Below are positions 49,681 through 64,000 of a stretch of 64,000 nt of DNA, piece after piece. A program made the translations under genes and the position numbers. The notes beneath the pieces were generated by a model, which worked only from the letters and a program-made list of their open reading frames with translations, ran no database searches and had not been told where the DNA came from. Numbering within the stretch: position 1 is the stretch's first letter; each line of letters opens with the position of its first letter. The stretch spans positions 37,176-101,175 of the forward strand of contig CAWJMR010000021.1 of assembly GCA_963843965.1 (NCBI GenBank). Reading direction: 5' to 3'. This DNA comes from an uncultured Gemmatimonadaceae bacterium. GTDB lineage: Bacteria; Gemmatimonadota; Gemmatimonadetes; Gemmatimonadales; Gemmatimonadaceae.

Positions 49681-49717
49681 GCCTGCGAAGCGAGCGCATC
49701 CAAGGTCTGAGCCTGCG
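49670..49717. repeat. 18-nt direct repeat with 30-nt period spanning the trpB stop codon
   Basis: CCAAGGTCTGAGCCTGCG occurs at 49670-49687 and again at 49700-49717. Confidence 0.6.
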
Positions 49718-49721
49718 CCGC

Positions 49722-50594
49722 TCAGGCGCGGAGGCGGCGGGCCAGCTCGTCGGCGGCCGGGTCGCTGATCGACTCGGCCCGCCGGGCGAGCACGAGCACC
49801 CGCTCGACGACCTCGGGGCCGACCACCACCGCCGGCCCGCCGAGCGTGGACGAGCCGACAGGAAGCACCGTCCAGCCGAGCCCCAGCCGCACCATCTGCA
49901 GCGAGCACGTCGGGCTGATGGCTCTCGGCGGCGATGGTGGTGGGCGCGCCGAGCGCGGCCAGCGCAGCGAGGATCAGCTCGCGCGTGTGCGAATCGGCGG
50001 GGAACGTCAACCACGGCCCCCACGTGGCGGGCGCGCCGATCGTCGTGCCGGGCGGCGCCATCACGGCGAGCGACTCGCGCCGCAGCTCCTCGATCTCCAG
50101 CCCGTCGCGAGGCTCGGGCGGTTTGACGCACACGACGAGATCGAGCTCACCGTCGCGCAGACCGCCGAGCAGCTGCGCCGACGGCGCGACCGACAACGTC
50201 AGGTCGACGTCGGGTCGTTGCGCGCGGAACCCGGCGATCATGTCGGGCAGTGCACGACGGCGGCGACGTCGATCATGCCGACGCGCACCCGACCCTGGCG
50301 CGCACCGCGCACCCGGTCGGACCAGTCGACCAGATCGCGGGTCAGGCCGATCACCCGACGTGCGTGGTCGAGCACGGGCAGCGCCGAACGGCGCAGCACG
50401 CGCCGCCGGCCCTGCGATTCGAACAGCGGCGACGCCGACCCGCCGCTCCAGCTCGGCCAGCCCCTGCGAGAGCGCCGACGGGCTGACGCCCGACGCGGTG
50501 CGCAGCCAGCGACCACGTGGCCTCGTCGGCGACGGCGACCAGGTACTCGATCTGGCGGATCGTGAGGTCGGGGAGCGGGCTGCACCCGCCGCAC
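49722..50594 (-). pseudogene. LysR-family transcriptional regulator, frameshifted
   Basis: ...LPDLTIRQIEYLVAVADEATWSLAAHRVG(V)SPSALSQGLAELERRVGV..LFESQGRRRVL... (HTH) and ...MIAGFRAQRPDVDLTLSVAPSAQLLGGLRDGELDLVV... (substrate-binding domain) lie in different frames. Divergent from ino1. Confidence 0.65.
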
Positions 50595-50646
50595 GATAGT
50601 TCAGTCTTGCTTCACTGACGTGACAGCTCGCCAAGGCTTGCTTACG

Positions 50647-52005
<1,359 letters not shown>

Positions 52006-52021
52006 CGCAGCACCTGTCGGG

Positions 52022-53027
52022 TCACACCGTCGGGGTGTGGCCCGCCATGATCTCGGCCAGCATCGGTACGTCGATGTTCCCGCCGCTGAGCGCCACGCCG
52101 ACGCGCCGGCCCTGCTGCTGATCGCGCTCGGCGAGCAGACCGGCCAACGCGATCGCGCCCGACGGCTCGGCCATGTTGTGGGTGGTGGCGAACAGCAGCC
52201 GCACGGCCTCGGCGCAGAGGTCGTCGCTGACCTGCACGATGCGTGACGCCCCGGCGACGATCGCGGCGGATGGCAGCGGCGTCCGGCGCACGGCAGGCGA
52301 CGCCGTCGATCATCGTGTCGGCGGTGTCGGTGTTCACCACCTCGCCGGCGGCGAAGGAGAGCGCCGTCGCCGGAGCGCGCTCGGCCACCACGCCGACGAT
52401 CTCGGTCTGCAGGCCGAACAGGTCGCGGACGGCGATGTGCGCGCAGATGCCCGAGCCCATGCCGACCGGCACGTACACCGTGTGCGAGACCGGCGGCGCC
52501 GAGCAGGAACTCGCGAGCGTAGGTGGCGACGCCGAGCACGAGGTCGGGGTGGAACGACGGCACCATGTGCAGGTCGCGCTCGTCGGCCAGCGCATGCGGC
52601 GTGCTCGCGCGCCGCCTGGAAGTCGCGGCCGTGCTCGATGAGCGTCGGCCCCGAACGCCGCGCATCGCCGCGTTCTTGTCCGGGCTGTTGCCGTGCGGCA
52701 CCACGATCGGTGACATCCACACCGAACGCGCGACCGGCGAAGGCCAGGCTCTGCCCGTGGTTGCCGCGGGTGGCGCTGATCAGGCCGCGCGCATCGACGG
52801 CGCTCGCGTCGTCGCGCACGTGCCGGTCGACGTACACCAGCCCGCCGCGCACCTTGAACGCACCGGTCGGCGTGTGGTTCTCGTGCTTCACCCACACCTC
52901 GGCACCGACGGCGCTCGCCGAGCAGCGGCCACGCGTACTGGGGTGTCGGCGGCACGAACCGGCCGACGAGCTCGGCGGCGGCGTCGAGCTCGGCGAGGGT
53001 GAACGGATCGGCTGTCGTGGTGGACAT
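52022..53027 (-). pseudogene. Threonine/serine dehydratase-like PLP enzyme, multiple frameshifts
   Basis: MSTTTADPFTLAELDAAAELVGRFVPPTPQYAWPLLGER..., ...EVWVKHENHTPTGAFKVRGGLVYV... (PLP-Lys), ...ISATRGNHGQSLAFAG..., ...YVPVGMGSGICA..., tail ...GVALSGGNIDVPMLAEIMAGHTPTV*. Confidence 0.65.
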
Positions 53028-53055
53028 GGACGCACTGTATTGCGCCCTCGCCCGG

Positions 53056-53651
53056 TCAGTCGGACGGGTTTGCGTCGGTGATCACCATCGTCAGCACGCG
53101 GTCGTGGGACTCGCTCGGCAGGTCGTCGACGATCTGCACGGCGAAGCCCACCCCACACGTGACGCAGTCGTCGCGTAGGAGCGGCAGGAAGCGGTCGTAG
53201 TACCCACCGCCTTGCCCGAGCCGGCGGCCGTCGCGGGTGAACGCCAGGCCGGGGACGACGACGACGTCGATCGTGGTCGGGTCCACCGCCGGTCCGATCG
53301 GTGCCGGGATGCCGTGCGCGCCGGGCCGCATCACATCACCGGCGCGATGGACGACAGCGACGATGCGCTCGTCCTCCACCCGGGGCAACAGGATGGTGTG
53401 ACCGCTGCGACGCGAGCAGCCCGACGAGCACCGGCGTGTCGGGTTCGCTGCCGACCCCGTGGAACGCCATCACCGTCGCAGCGTGTCGCCGCCGTGGGAC
53501 GGATCCGGCCGCATGCGGCGCACAGCTCGCAGCGACCTGCGCCCAGAGCAGCGCGAACCGGCGGCGCGATCCGGCAGCACCGCCGCGCGTCGCCGCATCT
53601 CGGTGCGCGGCAACGTCTGTTTGGCATCGGTCGATCGTCGATCACGTCCAC
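53056..53651 (-). pseudogene. 5-formyltetrahydrofolate cyclo-ligase, frameshifted
   Basis: C-terminal ORF 53056..53388: ...IDVVVVPGLAFTRDGRRLGQGGGYYDRFLP.... The N-terminal part (...DAKQTL...EMRRRR...) is in other frames. The start is uncertain. Confidence 0.55.
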
Positions 53652-53699
53652 GAGCGCACGACTGACACAGCAGCGGTGCGAACGGCTAAGGTCAGATCG

Positions 53700-54265
53700 A
53701 TGTCAGATCACCTGCGAATGCCTTCGACTCCGCCCACTTCCGCCAGGTGCTCGGGCCACTTCCCCACCGGCGTCACGATCATCACCGGCATGGCCGGCGA
53801 CGAGCCCGCCGGGTTCACGATCGGCTCGTTCACCTCGGTCTCGCTCGATCCACCGCTCGTCGGGTTCCTGCCCCAGGTCACCAGCGACACGTGGGCCGCG
53901 ATGGCGCCGTCGGCGAAGTTCTGCGTGAACGTGCTCGGCGCAGCACCAGGGCGCAGCGTGCTGGCGCTTCGCGAAGAAGGGCGTCGACGACCGCTTCAGC
54001 GATGTGCCGTGGCACCCCGGCGTCACCGGCTCACCGATCCTCGACGAAGCCATCGCCTGGATCGACTGCGAGGTCGAGGTGGTGCACGACGGTCGGCGAC
54101 CACTACTTCGTCGTCGGCCGGGTGATCGACGATGAGCCACTGCCGCGGACGATCCCGCAACCGCTGCTGTTCTACCGGGGCAAGCTCGGCGGCTACTCGA
54201 CTCCACGAATGACTGCGCACGAATGCCCGTCGCCCGGTCGCCCGAGACGGTCGTGCTCTGCCTGA
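53700..54265 (+). pseudogene. Flavin reductase (NAD(P)H-FMN oxidoreductase) domain protein, frameshifted
   Basis: ...FRQVLG / HFPTGVTIITGMAGDEPAGFTIGSFTSVSLDPPLVGFLPQVTSDTWAAM...KFCVNVLG / ...FSDVPWHPGVTGSPILDEAIAWIDCEVEVVHDG / GDHYFVVGRVID.... Ends are uncertain. Confidence 0.6.
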
Positions 54266-54606
54266 TCGACGTCGTCGCCGTGCTGTTGTTCGTGGTCATC
54301 GGTCGCGCGCAACCACCACGAAGGTGGCAACGTCGTCGTCTGCCACGACTGGCCGTCGCCGGCCCGTTCCTGATCGGCTCGTCGTCGGCTGGATGGTCAC
54401 CCGTGCGGCGACGGCCCCGATCACGATCCGCACGGGTGCGGTGTCTGGGCGTGCACCGTGGTGCGTCGGCTTGCTCCTGCGGCGCTTCGTGTTCGACCGG
54501 GGCATCGGCGATCGCGTTCATGATCGTCGCCACGCTCACGCTCGGGGTGTTCCTGATCGGCTGGCGGGCCATCGCCCGCCAGGTCAGCGGCCCGGCGAGC
54601 GGCTGA
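54223..54606 (+). pseudogene. DUF3054-like small membrane protein, frameshifted
   Basis: ...LCLIDVVAVLLFVVIGRA(N)HHEGG... and ...[24 protein letters not shown].... Family call is from memory of the DUF3054 pattern. Confidence 0.4.
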
Positions 54607-54680
54607 CCTCGAGCCCAGCCGACTCAGTCGCGACGTGCGCTCACCCCGTTGCTGCCCACCCGGGTCGTACAGTGATCGGC

Positions 54681-56809
<2,129 letters not shown>

Positions 56810-56828
56810 CCCGGACTAGAACAGCGCC

Positions 56829-57740
56829 ATGACGACGTGGCCGCTCGCGCCGATGAAAGCGACGAGCGGCCGGTTGCCGACGCGGTGACGACTGGCGCTA
56901 CGAACCGAAGTGGGACGGGCACCGGGTCATCGTGCGCCGCCGCGGCGACACCGTCGAGGCCGTCAGCTCCAGCGGCCAGGATCGCATCGCCCGCTGGCCA
57001 TGGCTGGCCGATGTCGCCCGTGCTGCGTGTGACCGCGACGCGATCCTCGACGGTGAGGTGATCGCCGCAGACGACGACGGACGCCATTCGTTCGGTCTCG
57101 TCGGCCGACCCGACCGTGCCCACTCGTTCGTGGTGTTCGACCTGTTGTCGCTCGACGGAGCGGACCTGCAGAACACGCCATGGATGCAGCGCGGCGCGAG
57201 TTGCTGGAGGCCCATGTCCGGCCGGTGCCGCAGCTGTCGGTCACACCCGTCACCGACGACGCCGACGCGATGATGACCGCCACGCAGCGGAACGGGTTCG
57301 AGGGCGTGATCGCCAAGCGCACCGGCTCCACCTACCTCGCCGGACGGCGGACCTCGTCGTGGATCAAGGTCAAGCACCGCTTCGAGCAGGAGTTCGTGAT
57401 CGGCGGCTACTCGACCGGCGACGGCAACCGCTCCACCTCGTTCGGCTCGATCCTCGTCGGCGTCTACGAGGGAGCCCTCTGCGCTTCGCCGGCGCCGTCG
57501 GCACCGGGCTTCAACGACGTCACCCTGCGGCCATGCAGCGCCACGTTCGCCGAGCTCGTCACGCCGGACTTGCCCGTTCGACCCGGTGCCCAAGCTCGTC
57601 GCGGGAAGCCGCGCATGGGTTCGGCCCGAGCTGGTGGCCCAGGTGAGCTTCGCCGAGTGGACCGAGGCCGACCACCTCCGCCACCCCGTGTTCGTCGGCC
57701 TCCGCGACGAGCCCCCGCGAAGGTCGTCCGCGAGCGCTGA
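56829..57740 (+). pseudogene. ATP-dependent DNA ligase (stand-alone LigD-type ligase domain), frameshifted
   Basis: ...DDWRYEPKWDGHRVIV... (motif I KxDG), ...ILDGEVIA...FVVFDLL..., ...GFEGVIAKR..., ...WIKVKH..., ...RPELVAQVSFAEWTEADHLRHPVFVGLRD.... Confidence 0.75.
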
Positions 57741-57792
57741 GTTCCGGCCGAACCGGCGCACTAGGGTTGCTGCGCACGAGGGGTCGACAAGG

Positions 57793-58797
57793 ATGGTCGG
57801 ATCGTCGGAGATCGTTTCGGCGCCACTGGCGTCGAGCTGTGCGTGCTCGCCGGCAACAACATCACGGTGGCTGGTGGCGGCCCCACGGTTCCCTCGGCGG
57901 CACGCCCGGAGGTGCTCGGCGCTGCATTCGAACGCGGATTGCGACTCCATCCAGCCGCTTGCGCTGGAGCGGTCGTTGCCGTCGGATCCGCCACCACCGG
58001 GTTGGAGTACGCCGGCCGCCGCGACCGCCCAAGGCACGAGCGGGACGCTGACCGCGCCCATCAGCCTTCCAGCGGGAACGACCATCACCGGTGTCGACGT
58101 CGGCATCCACTCGAACTTCCAGAACTCGGTCACCGACGTCTACGTGCAGAGCTTCGCATGGGGGTCGGAGACCATGCTCTCCGAACACCACGTCACGGTG
58201 AACGGCCCCGGGCCGACCGGGACCGTGTTCGATTTCATGACCACGATCCCGGTGAACGAAGTCGTGACGGCCACCTCGGTGTATGCGATCTTCATCGGGC
58301 CGACGTCGTACACACCGATCCCGAACCCTGCCGACGTCAGCGTGACAGTCACGTCCGCTACATCCCCAAGGCGATCGCGCCACCTGGGTCGACGTCGTCG
58401 GGTTACGTCGGGATCGACCCGAAGCGCGTGTACGACAGCCGGCTCGACATGACACCCGATGCGAACGGGCCCGTCGCCGGCGGCGCCACCGCACCCTCAG
58501 CGTGGCGTCAGGCCGCCATTGCCACAGGAGCAGTCGACGTCACCGACATCGTCCCCACGAACGCCGTGGCGGTGACGGCCACGCTGACGGTGACCGGAAC
58601 CGTCGGAACCGGCTACCTCGCTGAACCCGGGCGGTGTCTCCACCGTCTTCGCCTCGACGATCAACTGGACGTTGCCGGGTTCCGACCTCGCCAACACCAC
58701 GTCGGTGAACCTCGGCCCGAACCGCACCCTGACCGTCGTCGCCGGGGGCGTGTCGACCCACTTCGTGATCGACGTGGTCGGCTACTTCGTGCCCTGA
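57793..58797 (+). pseudogene. Secreted hypothetical protein ending in the same conserved domain as 37428.. and 42885.. (third paralogue); frameshifted, start uncertain
   Basis: ...TLTAPISLPAGTTITGVDVGIHSNFQNSVTDVYVQSF...YVGIDPKRVYDSRLD...VDVTDIVPTNAVAVTATLTVTGTVGTGYL...STINWTLPGSDLANTTSVNLGPNRTLTVVAGGVSTHFVIDVVGYFVP*. Confidence 0.45.
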
Positions 58798-58803
58798 CCG
58801 GGA

Positions 58804-59713
58804 TCAGGCGGACTCCGCGCCTTGGCCGGCGCCTCGCAGGTGCCGCCTTCTTCGCGGCGGAAGCCTTCTTCGGCGTGGCCTTCTTCGCCTTCGCGCGGTC
58901 AGGCTGGTGGCGGACGGATGGTTGGCCCGGGCCTCCTTGGCGTCGCGCAGGCTGGCCTCGAGCGCCGACGGCGAGGTCGATGACCGTGGCCTTCGCCGCC
59001 GGCGCTTCCTCGAACACCGGCGTCTTGCCCGGCTGCCTTCTGCTCGATGATCCGCCTCGACCGCGAGTGCGGTACTCGTCGCGGTACTCGCCCGGCTGGA
59101 AGTCCTCGCTGAGTGCCTCGACCAGCGACTTCGCCATCATCAGCTCCTTGTCGGAGATGTCGACGTCGTCGAGCGCCTCGAAGCCGTCGACCGCTGGCGA
59201 CATCGACGAGCTCGTCGGGGAACACGAGCGTGGACAGCGTGAGGTACGTGCCGTCGGAGCGGATCGCGGCCAGGTACTCCTTCTGGCGCATCACGAAGCG
59301 GCCGATGCCGACCCGACCCGAACCCGCCATCGCCGTGGCGAGCAGCGCGTACGGCTTGGGCGTCTTGTCCGGGACGACGAGGTACGAGGCGTCGAACATC
59401 AGCGGGTTGACATCGTCGGCGGGCACGAACGTCTCCAGCCCGATCTCCTTGGACTTCGCGGGCGCCAGCGGGGCGAGATCGTCGTCGGTGATGATGACGT
59501 AGTTCTCCGCGCCCATGTCGTAGCCCTTGACGATGTGCTCGGCGGGCACTTCCTCGCCCGTGGCCTCGCTGACCTTGCGGTAGCGGATGCGCGACATGGT
59601 CTGGTCGTCGAGCTGGTTGAACGAGATGCTCTTCTTCTTGACCGCCGGCAGAGCCGGATCGGGATGGAGACCATCCCGAACGAGATCGAACCGGTCCACA
59701 CGGGGCGCGCCAT
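58804..59713 (-). pseudogene. ku: NHEJ protein Ku, frameshifted
   Basis: MARPVWTGSISFGMVSIPIRL / VKKKSISFNQLDDQTMSRIRYRKVSEATGEEVPAEHIVKGYDMGAENYVIITDDDL...GIGRFVMRQKEYLAAIRSDGTYLTLSTLVFPDELV / ...DISDKELMMAKSLVEALSEDFQPGEYRDEY.... Lys/Ala-rich tail. Confidence 0.75.
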
Positions 59714-59730
59714 GCGGCGAGAATACCCGT

Positions 59731-61309
59731 TCAGAGCGCCGGCAAGTCCTGTTCCACCCCCACGAGCACCCGAAACGGGTCGCCGACGGCTGCGAGCCGG
59801 GGCAGCACGTCGCGGATCGTCCACCGGTCCGCGCGCCAGCTCCGGGTCGTCCAGCTCGTCCCACTCCGATCGGCACCGACACGGGCGCCCCGGCGGCCGG
59901 GCGCAGGCTGTACGGCGCGACGAGGGTCTTGTTGATCGGCGTTCTGGGTGTAGTCGAGACGAGCCAGACCGCGCGCGTTCGCTCTTGTGCCACTTCCAGC
60001 TGACCAGCTCGCGGCACCGACCCGTCCGACGGTGCGCGACAGCGCCTCCACGAACGCCGACGTCTCGCGGAACGTGTAGCCCGGAGCGCGACCGGGATCC
60101 AGATCTGGATGCCGCGCTGGCCGGTCACCTTCGGGCGGGCGACGAGGTCGAGCTGCTGCATCGCGACGCGGAACAGGCGGGCGATGGTGAGCGTCTCGTC
60201 CCACGTGGTGCTCGGTCCCGGGATCGATGTCGACGAGCGCGTACGACGGCTGGTCCGGCGACGGCTGCGGTGGAGGTCCACGGATGGATCTCGATCCCGG
60301 CGAAGTTGGCCGCCCACACCAGCGCCGGCGCGCCGTCGACGAGCAGGTACTCGCGCGTCTCGTCGGTGCTCGGCACGCGGATTCGGCCAGCGCCGCACCC
60401 ACGTCGGGCGCGTGCGCGGGCACGGCCTTGTGCCAGAACCCCTTCTTGGCGCCGACGATGCCGTCGGGGAAGCGGTTGCAGGTTCACCGGACGACCGGCG
60501 AGGTACGGCGTCATCCACGGCGCGATCTGCGCGTAGTAGCGCGACGATGTCGCGCTTGGTGATCGCGCGTGGTCGTCGCCACGGCCGGGCATGAACACCT
60601 TGTCGAGGTTGGTCAGCTGCGTGTCATCGCCGCCGATGCGTCCACTGGCCCTTCGTCCCCGAGCGCGTCGAGCGCTCGCAGCTCGGCCGACGGTCGGCGC
60701 CGCGCCAGCGGCCCGGGCTGCCGGCGACGACCTCGGGGTTGGTGCGGGCGCTGAGCACCGAGTGCGGATGGTCCTCGGGGTCCCAACCGGCGACGGCGTC
60801 GTCGTCGTTCTTGTGGATCAGCAGCCACTGGTCGGCGTCCTCGCCTGTCTCCTGCGGTGTGCACGATCACGTACCGGCCGCGGAGCTTGCGACCGTGCAG
60901 CACGAACTTCAGCTCGCCGGCGGCGATCGCGGCGGCCGGATCGGCGCTCGCCGGGTACTCGGGATCCGGCTCCCACCAACCGTCGTCCCACAGCGATCGA
61001 CGTCGCCCTTGCCGTAGCCGCTGCCGATGTTGCCCTCGAACCAGCCGTACGCGTACGGGTGGTCCTCGACCTTGACCGCCAGGTTGCGCCGCTTCGGGTC
61101 GAGGCTCGGCCCCTTCGGCACTGCCCAGCTGACGAGCACGCCGTCGACCTCGAGGCGCAGGTCGTAGTGCAGCCGCGTGGCTCGGTGCCGCTGCACGACG
61201 AAGCGCCTGCGCCCGTGCGGCGAGTGCTGACCATCGGCGGCGGCTCCGGCGTGGCCGAGAAGTCGCGCTTGGCGTCGTACTCGGCGAGCTTGCTCCCGTG
61301 GTCAGCCAT
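59731..61309 (-). pseudogene. ligD: LigD phosphoesterase + polymerase/primase domains (no ligase domain), frameshifted
   Basis: PE: [23 protein letters not shown]...[36 protein letters not shown]...KFVLHGRKLRGRY. Pol: ...LTNLDKVF...YYAQIAPWMTPYLAGRPVNL...LVDIDPG...KVTGQRGIQIWIPV...YTQNA.NKTLVAPYSLRP.... Confidence 0.7.
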
Positions 61310-64000
61310 CTGTCGCCGGCTCTGGCTCGGACTCTGTCTCTGGCTCCGGCTCTGGCTCTGGCTCTGGCCGACGACGATGACCAGCAGCGCCGTGTCGTCG
61401 GCCGTCTGGCGGCCGCCGAGGCATCGGGCCAGGAGCGTGTCGGCGATCTCGTCGGCGCTGCTGTCGATGCACTCCGCGAGCGCGACACGCAACCGGTCGA
61501 GTCCGACGTCGATCGATTCCTCGCGCCGCTCGACGAGCCCGTCGGTGTAGGCGACCACCACGTCACCGGGACCGACGAGGACGGTCTGCACCTCGATGTC
61601 GTCCTCGGTGACGCCGATCGGACCGCCGCCACCGCTCTCGAGCACCTCGATCTCGCCGCCGACGACGTCGCACGAACATCGGTGGATGACCGGCCCGGAT
61701 GTAGGCCAGCGATCCGGCGACCACGTCGACGATCATCAGCCCCGCCGGTCGCGAAGCGGAGCTCGTCGACGTGCTCGACACGGAGCAGGGCGGTCGACAT
61801 GGCCGGCACCGAACCGAGCGCGCTGATCGGTCCGCAACAGCGTGGAGATGGTGGTCCGGAACTCGGTCATGTCGGCGATCGCATCGATGCCATGACCGGA
61901 GACGTCGCCGACGACCGCACCGATCCGCTCGCCGTCGAGCACGTAGACGTCGTACCAGTCGCCGCCGAGCCCCAGCGTCGCCGACGACGGCAGGTACCGC
62001 GCGGCCATGTCCAGCCCGGCAACGACCGGCAGATCGGCGAGCGTCTGGCGCTGCAGGTTGACCACGAGCTCGTGCTCTTGCAGGTAGAGCATGGCTCGTT
62101 CCACCGTCTGGGCGGTGACGTCGGCGATCGTGGCCAGACGGCCGGACTCCGGCGGTTCGCGCCGGCTCGGCCCGGCGACGAACACGAAGGCGAGCACGCC
62201 GCGCAGCTGACCGTTCGAAGTCGATGAGCGGGATGCACACCAGGCGTTCCATCTCGAAGCGGATCAGCTCGGTGAGCACGGGGAACCGCTCGATCTGGCT
62301 GCGGTCCGTCGAACTCGATCGGCTGGCCGCGACGGAGCACGCGACATCAGCGTGCCGTTGATGTTCACGGGCAGCGTTGTGCTGCCGTGCCCGAGCTCGC
62401 GCTCGGAGTCGAGCACGGGATGGAACAGCTCGAATGCGGTGCCGGTCTCGTTCATGAACCCGACGCCGACATGGTCAGCCGCCGCCGCTGCCGGGCCGCG
62501 CAGTCGATCACCGCGGCGGCGATCTGTCTGATCGTGCGTGCCACCGACAGACGCTGGCTGAGGGCGAGCAGCGCCGACGCCGACGCCCAACGCTGCTCTC
62601 GCTGGTCGGCCGCTCCACGCTCTGTTGCACGAGATCGGCCGTGGCCTGCATGGTCGATCGTTCGCGGTCCCGAAGCGCTGCGTCGTCGGCCCACTCCCAC
62701 GCCAGCACACCGATCAGCTCGCCATCGGGTCGGCGCAGCGGCATCGCCGCCGCCGAGCCGATCGCGCGTCGCACGCTGGCTGCAGACCATCGGCGTACAG
62801 GCCACGGAACGCCGCTTCGTCGGCCACGAAGACGGGAGTGCGCGTGTTCCACGCGTCGGTGATCGGCGATCGGCACGGCTGACGTGATCGTCGCCCACCG
62901 GGCGGCATCGATCGCCGGTGCGGTGCCGCGTGACCAGCTCGGTGACCATCACTGGAGGGGATCGGCCACGCCGTCACCGACGTGGAACGCGCGCGACCGG
63001 CTGGCTCGGGCCGCACACCGGCGGCCGCAGCACCACGCCGGTCACATCGTCGAGCGTGTCGGCGACGGCGAGGCGCTCGCTCAGCTCGCCGAGTCTGGCG
63101 CACGCTGAGCGCCGCGGCGCGCAGCTCGTCGGTCTGGCGCATGTTCCGTCGCAGCGACAGGCCCACCGCCAGCGGCGAGCAGCGACGCGGCGAACAGCGA
63201 CAGCAGCGCCGAGAGCATGATCGGCGACGTGGTACTCGACGGCGATGCTCCATGTGCGGTTCGCCTGGGTGATCGTGACCTCGTGTCCGCCGTTCGGCGC
63301 CGATCGGCGTCGACGCCAGGACCACACCCTGGCATCGACGATGCTCACCCGCGCCCCGTCGGCAGTTGCGCTCGGACGGCGTCCGAGCATCGCTGTGGCG
63401 GGGACCAGCGACGACACGAACCCGACCGGGCCGCGCCGCGTGCCGGCTCGGCGAGCCGAGATCGCCACCGGGCGGGTAGAGCGGACCGATCGCGACGAAG
63501 CCGACCTGGCCACGTCGGCCTGCGAGACCACCGGCGCCGAGAACAGCGACGCTCCCAGCGCTGGCGGTCGCGGCCATGGCGGCAGCGGCGCGCATCGGGT
63601 CGGAAGTCGATGTCGAAGCCCGACGACCTCACCGAGGTCGTCGACCGACGGGTACACGAACCGCACCACGAGGTACCGGTCCTTGCGCTCGCTGCTGACC
63701 AGCTGCCGTCGGGTGACGACCTGGTGATCGGGCACACCGAGGTGCTGCTCGATCGCAGCGCGCTCGATCGTCGGGGACCACTTGCACGTTGGCGAGCACC
63801 GGCAGCAACGTGGTGTTGACGACGCCGGAGGCAAAGGAGTTGAAGCGGACCTCGCCGACCTCGCCGGTGCTCTCGTCGACCATCGCCGAGGCGCCACCGA
63901 GCGACGCTGACGACGTGCCGTGTTGATGCTCTGCACCGTACCGCGTCGCCCGGTTGGCCAAGGCGGCCTCCTGACGGTCGGCGATCCGCTCGGACTGCAC
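61302..64000 (-). pseudogene. Membrane sensor PP2C/SpoIIE-type phosphatase with extracytoplasmic sensor, GAF-like domains; frameshifted, 5' end outside window
   Basis: Phosphatase: ...ARYLPSSATLGLGGDWYDVYVLDGERIGAVVGDVSGHGIDAIADM..., ...LVGPGDVVVAYTDGLVERRE..., ...DDTALLVIV. Upstream are GAF-like pieces and a TM-flanked sensor region in mixed frames. The stop is assumed at 61302-61304 in the (PE)n frame. Confidence 0.55.
61315..61372. repeat. Imperfect hexanucleotide microsatellite (GGCTCT/GGCTCC units)
   Basis: cgccggctctggctcggactctgtctctggctccggctctggctctggctctggcc. On the minus strand this translates as (PE)n, (SQ)n or (AR)n depending on frame. Confidence 0.6.

Noticed and set aside
60818-61645. 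An apparent read-through fusion of the PP2C phosphatase C-terminus to the LigD phosphoesterase domain (single ORF 60818..61645).
   Set aside because: This segment is full of indels. An alternative frame gives a stop (TGA 61302-61304) overlapping the LigD start, which is the normal arrangement. The fusion is most likely a frameshift artefact within the microsatellite.

Overview
High-GC 64-kb window made of two very different parts. Part A (1-33,130) is a clean, frameshift-free segment of a diderm bacterium. It holds a SusC/SusD pair with a 1,138-aa TolB-propeller/amidohydrolase, a fatty-acid desaturase, a zinc-ribbon/amine-oxidase/M23-peptidase operon, and a complete ccmABCDEFGH cytochrome c maturation operon (six of seven junctions overlap by 4 nt). 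It also holds SodC, an LDH-family enzyme, a YfhO-like membrane protein and Psd. Its centrepiece is a six-gene minus-strand operon (16,251-25,974). In transcription order this encodes a His-rich putative di-haem-b membrane protein, a membrane-anchored zinc-ribbon/2x[Fe-S]/FAD-NAD(P)H oxidoreductase, a 23-CxxCH cytochrome, a 40-CxxCH cytochrome built from 219-bp tandem modules, a predicted outer-membrane beta-barrel and a small lipoprotein. I read it as a candidate trans-envelope (extracellular) electron-transfer conduit with an unusual flavoprotein/b-type inner-membrane input module, and it is the best candidate here for an undescribed system. Part B (33,131-64,000) looks actinobacterial: SDR, amidohydrolase-2, IclR, ilvBNC with a leader-peptide attenuator, biotinyl/carboxyltransferase, trpB2, LysR, ino1, threonine dehydratase, glgX, a split Ku/LigD NHEJ locus, a DUF4157 double-HExxH protein, three paralogous secreted proteins with collagen-like linkers and beta-propellers, and a PP2C sensor phosphatase. 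Almost every gene in part B is broken by several frameshifts. Parts A and B are joined by a ~660-bp mosaic of three unrelated gene fragments (33,131-33,790), one of them visibly more AT-rich. The window is therefore most likely a chimeric and/or unpolished assembly join, with heavy pseudogenisation as the alternative; this needs read-level checking before any biology is drawn from part B or the junction. I recognised no rRNA, tRNA, CRISPR array, transposase or integrase. All coordinates in part B are approximate because reading frames had to be stitched by eye.
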